In this document: positions 52,728 through 64,000 of the stretch, in pieces
Numbering within the stretch: the stretch's first letter is position 1
Layout: each line of letters starts with the position of its first letter
Assembly: GCA_002245135.1 (NCBI GenBank)
Contig: NGBS01000022.1
Span: forward strand, 1 to 64,000
Direction of reading: 5' to 3'
Origin: Proteromonas lacertae
Lineage: Eukaryota
Length of the DNA stretch: 64,000 bases
Notes under the pieces: model-generated
Databases searched by the model: none
Seen by the model: the letters and a program-made list of their open reading frames with translations, nothing else
What the model was told of the DNA's origin: nothing
Program-made: the position numbers and the translations under genes

Positions 52728-55700
52728 ATGGAGGCTATGCATTCTATTCACTTATCTGATGATATTTATTCCCATGAAAACCTAATAAATTTCTATAATA
52801 CTCAGAATCATGAGAGTATATTCAACAACTACATTTCCGTAGAATTATTTTTAGGAATTATGACAAGATATAATCATATTTTACCTTTGTCAGATACTAG
52901 AAAGAGTAATCACTGTCGGTTAGAAAAACTGAAAAAAGATATAAAGGATGTTCTGTCGGTATAACATTGAAAATATTTTATAATTGTATAGAAAGATATT
53001 TTATTCACATTGAAACTAATAAAGAAAGGAATAAAAAGTAATTCAGTTCAAATGCTAGTCGATGGTACAGTGTCTTTAATATGTCAAAATATCAATATAA
53101 CAGTGACTGAAGAATCTAAAGAAGAGATAATTGACATAATAAAGTTATTATTAGAATATAAAAGACATCCAGGAACAGTGTTTTATTTCATTAAAGCATT
53201 TAATTGTATAAAATTAATTATTCTATTTTTACTTTTTTAGATATACCTTCAGAAGAGTATGAAGATGTTATTAATGAAACAACACTAAGAGAATATCTTT
53301 CTGTAGTTGTTCCGCAAATAGATAATGAAAGAACAATATTATATTTAATATCATATTTATTGGATTACTATCCAAATATATTAAAGATATTTGATTTGAA
53401 GATAATCTATAAATTAATAAAAAGGTTTATTTTTTATAAAATTGAAAATGTAAATATTATGAATCTAATATCAAATTTATTTTATATTATAATTGATGTT
53501 AATAATAATGAAGATCATTTAAGATATGTAAGGAAATTAATTAAACAATTAATAAGTATGAATATATTTTTGTAATTATTATGAATAGGAAATTGCAAAT
53601 TTGAAGAATGTAAAAATGTGTGTAGAAAATATAATATGATGGAGTTTAAAGAAGAAATTGAAATGAAAGAAGTGGAAAATGAAGTATATAAAACAATAAT
53701 TCTTAATATAATGAAATAGTTATTGAATTATTTAAAGTTAAACACATCTAATTCAATAATATCATTTCTAAAACATAAAAATGATGATAGTATAGTAAAA
53801 ATTACATGTAATTTCTTATATAAATATAAAATCTATCATATATTGAAATATGTAGCTACATATTTTAATCAGACTGATTTTCTCTTATCAATTACTAATA
53901 ATGATGAATGTAAAGATGAGAATGATGAAAATGATGAAGAGTTTGAAGAAGAATTCAATTTTATTGTTGTACATACATTATTTATATACTTCTTAGTTGA
54001 ATGATGATATTAATTTAGTCTTTCTTGACAAAATTGAACAATTGTTTACTGATTTAGAGATATATATGAAATACCATGAAAAGTCAGCAATAGGTGTTGA
54101 TATGGAATGGAAACCAATAAGATTAGAAAGTGATGTAATAATACCTTCAATTCTGCAAATAGCAATTGATAATCATATTACTATATTAGATTTATATACA
54201 TTGTGTTATGTGAATAAAGAATGTATAATATATTATACTATAATTTGTAATTTGTGCAGATGAAAAAGTGAGAGAATATATACAAAAATTATTTACATAC
54301 CATATAATATATGGTTTTGGAATAAAGAATGATATTGATATTCTAATAGAAAGTTATCCTGAACTTGGATTGAATAAAGATGATTTTACTGTCGTTGATT
54401 TTGATCATGGTATAATAATATACAATAGAAATTGTTTTTGTTTCATTTATATATATAGAAGATTTAATGAAAATATTTAACACCAAGCAATTATCATTAA
54501 AATATCTGACTAGTTTAGTTTTGAATTGTAATTTAGATAAGACATGTCAAACATCCAATTGGCAAGATAGACCACTAAGTCAACAACAATTGAATTATGC
54601 TGGAATGGATGCTCATATATGTCTTCATATCTTAGATAGATTATTATGTAAGGATTATAAAGATAAGTTATCATCATCATCAGAAATATTGAGATATAAT
54701 GGTAATGACAATATATTTCTTGATAATAATCATAAATGTAAAAATAAAAATGTAGATAAATCAAGTTTACCTGAAACACCAATCGTTAGTTTACCTGATA
54801 ATGTAAAGTATTCATATGAAGAAATAGATAATGAAACATTACCTGGATGTATGCTTAATAAATTAAAAGAATGTAATTTAAACTCTATGAAGTTCTACAA
54901 ATTCGATGCTCAAATAGATGGTGTAGATATTGATATTGATGAGAAAGAAACACATCAAATAATCTGTGATGCATTTCATTGTAAGATATCCCAATGCATA
55001 AAAACGGTAATATTTGTGTATGAAGAACAGTATTATGGAATACTATTACCAATTAAAGAACATATATTTATCCCGCTTCTAGCATCATTATTAAACTGTA
55101 AAGAAGAGAATAAATTGTCATTACTACCATCAAATTTATGTGAAAAAGTAACTGGCTTTAAACCTGGATTAATTCCTCCATTTTATTTATCTCAAGTGAA
55201 ACAAATGTTTACATCAAATTCATTACTAAGTTGTAATTCAGTAGTATTTGGTTGTGGCTTGAAAAATACATACTGTCAATGTAAAATGAATGATTTTATG
55301 AGATTAACAAACTCAACTGTATTTTTCTAATACTAATATTATAATAAATAGTTTCAAGCTATATCAAAGAATATACTTAAATCTGCATTAAGTTCTACTA
55401 CTGTTCATCTTCCTACTAGTTATTATAAACATAAATATCTTTGTGATGGAACATTAGGAAAATTATGTAAATGGTTAAGAGTGTTAGGATATGATTGTGA
55501 TTATGATCCAAATAATAATGTAATTATATATATATATATATATATATATAGAATCCAGTAGGTTTATTATATGAAGCAGCATTTAATGACAGAGTATTAC
55601 TGAGTTCTTCAAAGAAATTATTTACTAGAAGAGAATATAACAAGAAATATGCAATTTATATAAAATCATTCTTTCTAAATGAACAAATTAGCCAACTTCA

Positions 55701-55998
55701 TACTGAATGTGGTCTTGACTTTCCAAAAGATTTTCCATTTGATAGATGTACTCAATGTAATTATACAAAAATTAAAGTAATAAAACCAGAAGATGCAATA
55801 GGATTAATCCCTCAAAAAGTAGCTGAAAATATGTATAATATTTTTTTACTCTTTATTTTAATAAATAGAGCTGCTACTAATACATTAGCTTATCAGTGTA
55901 AAGCATGTCAACAAGTATTCTGGAAAGGACAAATATATCAGGAAGCTAGAGCTGTGCTGAGTGATTTAGTTCCAGATTTAGATAATCAGATTGAATAG
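52728..55998 (+). CDS. EXD3/Mut-7-like 3'-5' exonuclease with an internal YbaK-like domain and a C-terminal Mut7-C domain
   Basis: DEDDy motifs GVDMEWKP, LQIA and LDKTCQTSNWQDRPLSQQQLNYAGMDA; YbaK-like IKTVIF and TGFKPGLIPPF; Mut7-C LCDGTLGKLCKWLRVLGYD, RCTQCN and CKACQQVFWKG. Confidence 0.85.
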
Positions 55999-56106
55999 TA
56001 ACTTTTGCTTATTACTATAATTATACTTTATTATTGAGACAATATACCTCCTTTAAAAAACATAATTATTTATAGACTAAATGAAATAAAAAGAAATATT
56101 CAAAAA

Positions 56107-56484
56107 TTAACCTATATTATATCCATGTGACAAAAGCAATGCACAAAATGTTTCATAGGAATATACAAAGTCAGGAAAACATTTTTTCATTTCATTATAC
56201 AAAGTTACTTTTGTTGTTGATGGATTTACTAAGAGGAAATGTTCTATAAATATATGATGGTCCATTACAAATCCTTTTTCTGGTGGTGAATCATCTTCAA
56301 TTGGTTGTCTGTTAATGATAGAAGATATTTCGTCATCGATGTCGCTCACGAACTTTAATGGTAATTTCAGACTTACACTTATATCTTTTACTGAATAACC
56401 TGTTCTTAGCATATTATAAATGATTACACCCCAACATGGTCGAGGTAATGAGATAATACCCGCATTAGTGATATATTTGGTCAT
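56107..56484 (-). CDS. Small Tc1/IS630-type double-HTH protein without a catalytic domain
   Basis: GYSVKDISVSLKLPLKFVS (HTH) and FLLVNPSTTKVTLYNEMKKCFPDFVYSYETFCALLLSHGY (second HTH pattern), then a stop codon. Confidence 0.5.
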   Translation of the reverse strand: MTKYITNAGIISLPRPCWGVIIYNMLRTGYSVKDISVSLKLPLKFVSDIDDEISSIINRQPIEDDSPPEKGFVMDHHIFIEHFLLVNPSTTKVTLYNEMKKCFPDFVYSYETFCALLLSHGYNIG

Positions 56485-56971
56485 CAATAATAGCGACTGT
56501 GGGATTTTTTATATCTTTCTGAAAGGTTCTATGATTATTTTTTAAAAAAACTGACTATTCTCAAAATGAGTTTTTTAATAATAATTATTGTTAATTTCAT
56601 GAATTTAACCCTAATTTTGCTCTCAGAATTTGCCTGAAGCATGTTTCTTTCTGTTGGAAGCTAATATCTCATCATACACACTCTCATTTGCTTACCTTTA
56701 GCAAATAGTGTATGTACACCATCTATACCATAAATATTAAATTAGTATGCTGAAAATTATTATTTTCAAACACGAACAGAATTTTTTAACTAAATAATTT
56801 AACAAATCTAAAAAATAACAAATGTTTTATTTAAAATTGGTATTTTTCTGTTTAGGATCACCCAATTATCCAATGATATGGTTTGCGAGATTAGATAATC
56901 GCAAAACTCTGCAAGAAAAATGACTTTCTTCAAAGCTTGGCTTGTTTCAAAAATATATTAAAATTCTTTTA

Positions 56972-57972
56972 ATGGAGCCTAGGCCAAGATCTGAAGTATT
57001 ATATTATATAAATAGTATATTAGATTGTGACAACTGCACAAACAAATGCTTCGCAAAGAAGGAAATCTACTGATTCAATAGTAAGCGAACAAGGGCCTCC
57101 ACCGCCTTTGCCTTCCTCTCCTGTACCTGTTGAAGAAGATAATGAATCACAAGATAATAATTCTCCAATAAAATCCCGTACAAGAAGTGATGCAATTGAT
57201 GAGCATATAGAAGTAAAATCTGAAATGGAATTATTACAAGAAAGTCGATTAAAAGATATGGAAGATAAGAAAAAATTATGGGAATCGAGTTTAACAGAAA
57301 TTGTATTGATTTCTTGTATTTAACAAATAATTTTAATAGGAAAATGCATTAACTGAGATAGAAGATAAATTAAACAAACGAGAAGAAGAAATTAAAAAAT
57401 TTGTATAATTCACAATAATATATGTAATTATTAGTTATCAGATCCATATTCAATAAGCAAAACAGCTTCCTTGGAGTATAATACAATATATAATTCATAG
57501 AATGACACAATTTACTAAGAACTGTTCCTCCTATAAAGAAAGAAATGTGAATCAATTAAAAAGCGATATATCTAATCAAGTGAGCAATGTTGTTTATCAT
57601 GGTGAAAGAGATGTATATATATTATATATATATATATATAGAATGCAGACTTAGAAAAAGCAGTTTCAGCATTTGGTAAGCAATTATCTCGTCCTCCAAT
57701 AATGGAACAATTAATTACAATTTTTGCACTTTTTATTGGTGGATTAGGAATAATCACTTCTTATTTATTACAATGTATATTATATTATATATTTATGTAT
57801 ATATATAGTCTTTGTTGATCCAATACAAAAAGTGATTCAATATTTCTATAAGACTTATAAAAAGACTCAAAAGAAAAAGAAGATAACTAAGTTGAGAAAA
57901 ATGAAAAAGAATGTGATAGAGAATAATACAACTGCAAAAGTATTGAAAGTAGGAACTGAAACAGAATCTTAG
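56972..57972 (+). CDS. Coiled-coil protein with one predicted transmembrane segment
   Basis: Spliced MEPRPRSE-IVTTAQ...; hydrophobic LITIFALFIGGLGIITSYLL; several short introns. Confidence 0.6.
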
Positions 57973-58160
57973 CTATTTATTTCATTAAATATTTAATAAT
58001 TTTAATATTTATATTTTTGTTAGTTTGAAATATTTTTAATTCTTTACTAGAAAAAACAAAATTCATATAAGAAAAAATCAATTAAAATTATAATAAAAAC
58101 AAATATAAACTCAAATAATACTCTGTCTGATTATTTTTCAATTATTATATTGAAAAATAC

Positions 58161-59691
58161 TTACATAATAATACATTTCTTCTTCTTTTCTCCTTCTGAT
58201 TCTGGTTTATGTGATTCAGTTTGAGTTTTATTAACTGGTTCAGGTTTTTGAGCTTCTTCAGATTTATCTTGTTCTTGAGTTTTCTTTGGTTCTTCTTCAA
58301 CTTTCTTTGGCTGTTCTTCAACTTTCTTCTTTTCTTCTTCTTCGGCTTTTCTCTTTTCTTCTTCAGCTGCCTTTCTAGCTGCTTCTTCTTCAGCTTTTCT
58401 ATTTTCTTCTTCCTCAGCTGCTTTTCTCTTTTCTTCTTCCTCAGCTGCTTTTCTAGCTGCTTCTTCTTCTGCTTTTCTCTTTTCTTCTTCTTCTGCTGCT
58501 TTTCTCTTTTCTTCTTCCTCAGCTGCTTTTCTCTTTTCTTCCTCTTCAGCTGCTTTTCTAGCTGCTTCTTCGGCTGCCTTTCTAGCTGCTTCTTCTTCAG
58601 CTTTTCTATTTTCTTCTTCAGCTGCTTTTCTCTTTTCTTCCTCTTCAGCTGCTTTTCTCTTTTCTTCTTCCTCAGCTGCTTTTCTAGCTGCTTCTTCTTC
58701 TGCTTTTCTCTTTTCTTCTTCTTCTGCTGCTTTTCTCTTTTCTTCTTCCTCAGCTGCTTTTCTCTTTTCTTCCTCTTCAGCTGCTTTTCTAGCTGCTTCT
58801 TCGGCTGCCTTTCTAGCTGCTTCTTCTTCAGCTTTTCTATTTTCTTCTTCAGCTGCTTTTCTCTTTTCTTCCTCTTCAGCTGCTTTTCTCTTTTCTTCTT
58901 CCTCAGCTGCTTTTCTAGCTGCTTCTTCTTCTGCTTTTCTCTTTTCTTCTTCTTCTGCTGCTTTTCTCTTTTCTTCTTCCTCAGCTGCTTTTCTCTTTTC
59001 TTCCTCTTCAGCTGCTTTTCTAGCTGCTTCTTCTTCTTCTTTTCTCTTTTCTTCTTCTTCTGCTGCTTTTCTCTTTTCTTCTTCTTCGGTTGCTTTTCTC
59101 TTTTCTTCCTCTTCAGCTGCTTTTCTAGCTGCTTCTTCTTCTTCTGCTTTTCTGGCTGCTTCTTCCTCAGCTGCTTTTCTCTTTTCTTCTTCCTCAGCTG
59201 CTTTTCTCTTTTCTTCCTCTTCAGCTGCTTTTCTAGCTGCTTCTTCTTCTTCTTTTCTCTTTTCTTCTTCTTCAGCTGCAGTTCTTGCTTCTTCTTCTTC
59301 TACGGCTTTTCTAGCGGCATCTTCTTCTGATGGCGCGGCTTCTTCTGATGGTTTCTGTTCTTCTATTGGTGCTGGTTCTCCAGCTGGCTTTGGCTCTTCT
59401 GTTGGAGCTGATGTTTCACTTTCTCCTGCTACTTCATCTGGTGGAGGAGATCCAGCTGGTGCTCCATCTAAAAATCAATTATACAATATATACTTTCTTG
59501 TTTTACCTAAAGCAAATAAAAAATATAAAACATACTATTGACCAGAACTTTCCTACTCTTTTCTCTCCAACTTCCCAATCACTATGTTTTTCTTTCAACA
59601 ACTGTCTTATTTGTTTTGCACCGGATGAAGCATTTGATGCAAACAATTCATTAAGTGCAGTCTTAAGTTCATCGTCAGATACTTGTACCAT
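58161..59691 (-). CDS. E/K/R/A repeat (single-alpha-helix-like) protein with a small N-terminal helical domain and a C-terminal KKKKCIIM CaaX motif
   Basis: Introns 59507-59535 and 59468-59493 flank a 13-nt microexon. The long exon encodes EEEEKRKAA/EEEAARKAA repeats and ends AAG AAG AAG AAA TGT ATT ATT ATG TAA. Confidence 0.85.
58325..59325. repeat. Coding minisatellite (21-27 bp units) with higher-order periodicity of ~231 bp
   Basis: cggctgcctttctagctgc recurs at 58571 and 58802; units are gctgcttttctcttttcttcttc variants. Confidence 0.9.
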
Positions 59692-59983
59692 GGTCTATCA
59701 ATGTTACAACACCACAATTTCATACTATGATTATAAGGTTAGAATAAACAAATGAAGAAAATGATGCTGATGGGGCAAAAATTTAAATTCTCAATTCAAA
59801 AATTCTCAAACACCAGATGCAATACTTTTTTGTTTTTTAAATTTATTATGTTTGTTCAAGAAATAATACATATTATAATGGTATGGAATATAAGTTTTAT
59901 ATTAATGAACTACTAGTATTCGCATATACTAAACCACATGAAGATAAATTTAATTTTCGCTAATATTATTATATTATTAAAAA

Positions 59984-60298
59984 ATTACTGTTTTTTTTCT
60001 TCTTTTTTTGTTTCTTCTGCTTCTTCAGTGTTAATCTTTGGATATTCGCCTAAATCTGGAAGAGTACTAATATTCTTTTGGATATCATCACTAATTTGAC
60101 GGGCTGATTTGAGAAGTTCAACTATCTCATTAGCAGCCTCAACTGGTGATTTATTACCCTTTCCTTCTTCTTTGGAGTTCTCTGATACTGCTTCTGTTAA
60201 GAGAATATATAAAAATTATTTAATACTAGCTTCACCAAGCTAGATCAAGATAAATAATTAAATTATACGTTTAAGTTTAAATTTGGTACACGAGACAT
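59984..60298 (-). CDS. Small acidic hypothetical protein (~80 aa)
   Basis: MSRVPNLNLN / LGEA / KAVSENSKEE...EEKKQ*; two introns around a 13-nt microexon. Confidence 0.6.
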
Positions 60299-60888
60299 TG
60301 TTATACTACTGTAATAGAAAGAAATATGAATACTTGAAAAAATATTAAAGTTAATTGAGAAAAATAAGAATAAATCTTTGAATTCAAAAATTGAATTTTA
60401 AAACTGTAACTGCAACCAATCAGATTACTATTTAGAATGGGTTTATGAAAATTTTGATACATAATCAAAACTGTAATTTTATTTAAAAACTATTAACTGT
60501 GAGTTATTTTTGAAATAATTAACTGTCTATTAATATTTTGATTTTTATAACTGTATAAAACACAATTTTAGAATTAATTGTGATAATTATGAAAATATAA
60601 AAAAAGAAAGTGTTGATATATTACATGTTATTTACTTTCAAAATGCACCAATTTGTATAACCAATAGAATTATATTCTTATTTTCCCACAAATGAATAAT
60701 TATTTCAAAATCTATTGAGTTACTATAAATAATAATTTCTTAAACATAAAATATAAATACATGTTATATTAACATAATGTTATTCATCTTTTAAACATTT
60801 TTATTGAAGTTGTTGTTTGTGTTTTTGGTTAGAATCTTTTTATCTTATTGATCGTTTTGAATTATATTAGTTTTATTGATCTAAACAT

Positions 60889-63118
60889 ATGTCTGGTATG
60901 CTGCATATAACTATATTTTTAAAGATAACGAAGTAAATGAGAAAAGTCATGAAGAAGATAATATGTATTTATAAGATAATCTACAATAGAAAAATATTGG
61001 AGGAATATTTCAAAGTTTATAATCCTGAAAAGGTTGCAAAAGTATTTAGCTAGATTATATTATTTTACATTAGGCTGCAGAAAAACTAGAAAAATATCAT
61101 AATAGACTTGAATTTTATACAAAGAAGCTGCAAGATAAGTAATTATTATAAATTTGAGTGTATATGTGTAGATTCGGAGAAGCTCCTGATTTGTACATTA
61201 ATAATTCTAATGAAGCACGACCAGACGATATTTTAGATGAAGAATTATTAGATAATGAAAGTGATACAAATGTAACACCTCCAAAAATTACATCATCTTT
61301 GTCTTCAGAGTCAATAAATGCAGAAGAGTATAAAAACCACATTGTATATTGTATTGAATAGTACAAATTATGAAGTGTTGCATTCTTACTATCAAAAATA
61401 TAACAAAGCAAAAATCGATAGAGTAAATACAATATATAAGAAATATAAATCTGATTTAATACGATTAGCTATGAAATTGCACGAAATATACGGAGAAGCA
61501 CCAGCATTTATGGTTAATATATCCGAGTATCATTTTTTTCCCCCCTCTGATATATATTATTAAAATAGTGTTTTAGCATCTCACAGTCTTATTGATATAG
61601 ATGAATATAATTTACATATTCAAGAATCAATAACAAACATAAATCAGTTAAATACAAAAATAGATGATATGAAAATCAAATTAAAACAATATGAAAATGA
61701 AGAATTAATGAATGCAACAAAATTGAAATTATTGACTGAAAAATATGAAAGTGAGCATAATATAAAAATTAAATTGGATGAACAGGTGAAAGGGTTATAT
61801 CAAATTATAGAAAAAGAGAAAAAAGAAAGAACAGAAGTAGAAAATCAATTAAGTGAATCATATAAAGAGAATAGAGAGACATTAAAATCACTTACAAATA
61901 TAAAGAATCAGATGAATAAAATGAAAGAAGAAATAGAAGAAATATCAATTATCAAATTAAGTAGAATGAATACAATGATTTCTTCCTATTTTGATGTTGA
62001 TATTAATATAAATAATGGAATAGATTTTGATATAACTTCATCATCATTAACCATAACAACAACAACAGAAGATGAATCAAAAGAAAAAGAAGTTTATTCA
62101 TTTTCTAACATAAAGAAAGTTAAACCTCAATTATCATCATCATCTCCAATTATTATAACTGAATTACCAAAATCTCCAGTGAAGAAACAAACAAGAGAAA
62201 TTGGAGTTAATACTGATAAAGTTGAATTTGCAGATGAATTATCAACTGTGTTAAATAGACCTACAAGATCTCCTTCAATGTCAGTTCAGATTAATTTATC
62301 AGAGAATTATGAAAAAGAAATTGAAATATTGAATGAAAGAATCAGTAGAAAAGATGTAGAAATCAACGAAAAGAATGAATTGATAAACACATTCAAAGAA
62401 AAGTCAGATAGAAGAAAAAAAGAAAATGATGAAATAGAAACCAAATATTCATATTTACAAGATAAATATTCTACATTATCTACTCATTATAAAGATATTC
62501 AATATAAATATGTATATTTAATTATGATTCTATAATAAAAACAATAGAAAACACTTGAAAATCAGTTGATGAGACACGAAGATGAATATTCAAGATATAT
62601 TGAATTATTACATTCAGCAATGGAATTAAATTCACATTCAAAAGAAGGAAGAAGGAGAGTTTCATCATCTACATCTTCATTAGTTCAAAGAAAAAAAAGT
62701 GTAAAAGTAAGGCCAATTCCTGATTTATCAGTTAGAAATAATATTGATATTATCAGACAACATGTGAAGAAAACATCTGAATCATTTAGAAATGATCCAA
62801 AGAATGGTGAATGTATATTATTTTCTCGTTTATTTCAATTTATATTTATAGATATGAAATTGCCAGTTTGGGTTAAAGATTCTGCAGTTGATAAATGCTT
62901 TACTTGCAAACGTCAGTTTACATTATATAAAAGAAAACAGTATATATATATGTATTTCTTATTTCAATAGTCATTGTAGATTGTGTGGAAATATATTCTG
63001 TGATAGTTGTAGTAATAAGAAAATGATTTTATATGGCACAGGAATACCGTATCCACAACGTGTATGTGACAGTTGCTTCATTATTGGAATAACATTGAAG
63101 AAAGATGAAGATATATAA
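60889..63118 (+). CDS. Coiled-coil FYVE-domain protein with two N-terminal helical repeats
   Basis: Spliced WVKD...CFTC..FTLYKRKHHCRLCGNIFCDSCS...RVCDSC. Repeats EYFKVYNPEKV...FGEAP and SYYQKYNKAKI...YGEAP. Confidence 0.85.
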
Positions 63119-63255
63119 CAAATCAATAAATATTTTGTTATGTGCATTACTAGTCTTATATATATATATTTATATACTCACAAATAAATCAGAAATTAAA
63201 ATCAAAATATACAAACAATAAACGGAGTGAGTTTATTTACATTATTTATATACAC

Positions 63256-63603
63256 TTACAAATATGGATTTCTTGGTCCAATATTCTGTTCAATAATAGC
63301 ACTCTTCTTCCTAGCTCTTATGCATAACATTTTCAAAGTATTTTCAGTTGCTACCATTACATTTGCCATTTTTCCTGTTAAATCACTTGCTCTTTGTCTC
63401 AATTGTCTAAGTTCTTCTTCCTCTCTTTCAGCTTCTTCCTTTTGAAATTGTTCCTCAAAGTATTCTATTCTTGTATCACTTAAATCCCAATCTCTGTGTT
63501 TTTCATGTAATAATTCCCTTATATCCATAAGTGAGAATGCTGGGCTATTAGCCAACAACTCTCTTAGTGCAGATTTTAGCTCCTCATCGCTAACAAACTT
63601 CAT
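63256..63603 (-). CDS. Small protein sharing the N-terminal helical domain of the gene at 58161-59691
   Basis: VSDEELKSALRELLA...IRELLHEKHRDWDLSDTRI vs VSDDELKTALNELFA...IRQLLKEKHSDWEVGEKRV. Confidence 0.7.
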   Translation of the reverse strand: MKFVSDEELKSALRELLANSPAFSLMDIRELLHEKHRDWDLSDTRIEYFEEQFQKEEAEREEEELRQLRQRASDLTGKMANVMVATENTLKMLCIRARKKSAIIEQNIGPRNPYL

Positions 63604-63724
63604 TTCTCTAAAAAATTCGTTACATTGATAGACAAGCTAAAACTTGTCATTTTTTCTTTTTTAAAGATTTAATTTTCTTTTTGTTTAGTAACTTATTCGT
63701 TTTATTTTTATTTTATTTTTTTCA

Positions 63725-64000
63725 ATGGCATTTCAAACATACACTACACCCAATTATGAACAACAGTTTATTGAATTTATGAAAGATCCACTAAAAACTT
63801 GTCATGTATGTTATATTATATAATTCTTATAGATAAACCCTACCTTAAAATTAAAATCATTAAACTCGTATACTCATAACTTCACTATTTTCTTAGATCA
63901 ACAAACAATCAAGCTAATACTTCTAATATTGAAGGGTTATGCGTATATTACTATAAGATATAATAATTTAGTTAAATGGTTTACTTGGAAATCGATATCA
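63725..64000 (+). CDS. 5' part of a multi-exon hypothetical gene running off the window
   Basis: MAFQTYTTPNYEQQFIEFMKDP..., with three in-frame-compatible ~27-29 nt introns. Confidence 0.55.

Noticed and set aside
58325..59325. Possible CRISPR-like repeat array
   Set aside because: There are no unique spacers. It is an in-frame coding minisatellite in a eukaryotic gene.
58221..59755. 369-aa Phe/Cys/Ser-rich and 141-aa plus-strand ORFs
   Set aside because: They are antisense shadows of the minus-strand E/K/R/A repeat gene.
59849..59856. TGTTTGTT on the plus strand
   Set aside because: No supported plus-strand gene ends nearby, so it is probably a chance occurrence.
1..64000. Alternative genetic code to explain the fragmented ORFs
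   Set aside because: Long intronless ORFs such as PCCA read normally and end at standard stops. The fragmentation is explained by tiny introns.

Overview
This is very AT-rich eukaryotic nuclear DNA with compact genes, tiny GT-AG introns (about 26-45 nt) and TGTTTGTT-like motifs downstream of several genes. By inference it comes from a Blastocystis-lineage stramenopile (Blastocystis or a close relative). The left ~38 kb is a rearranged accessory region with three near-identical segment copies: A 667-8216 (+), B 22517-30501 (-) and C 34687-38412 (+). These carry a BTB/BACK-Ig-SPRY gene, an ABCG pseudogene and, in A and B, a giant divergent Hsp110-like gene. The same region holds two nested hAT-type DNA transposon relics (the inner one with an intact 8-bp TSD) and a decayed GC-richer insert. 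Single-copy genes between A and B include RIB43A, an mS23-like protein and a ~2000-aa multidomain calpain. The right ~26 kb is ordinary gene-dense sequence: propionyl-CoA carboxylase alpha, PIKfyve/Fab1, a MYND-STI1 protein, a divergent organelle-targeted PRPP synthetase, an EXD3/Mut-7 exonuclease fused to YbaK, a Tc1-like HTH ORF, a prenylated E/K/R/A repeat protein and a FYVE coiled-coil protein. All gene models were spliced by eye, and domain calls come from motif recognition, not database searches.
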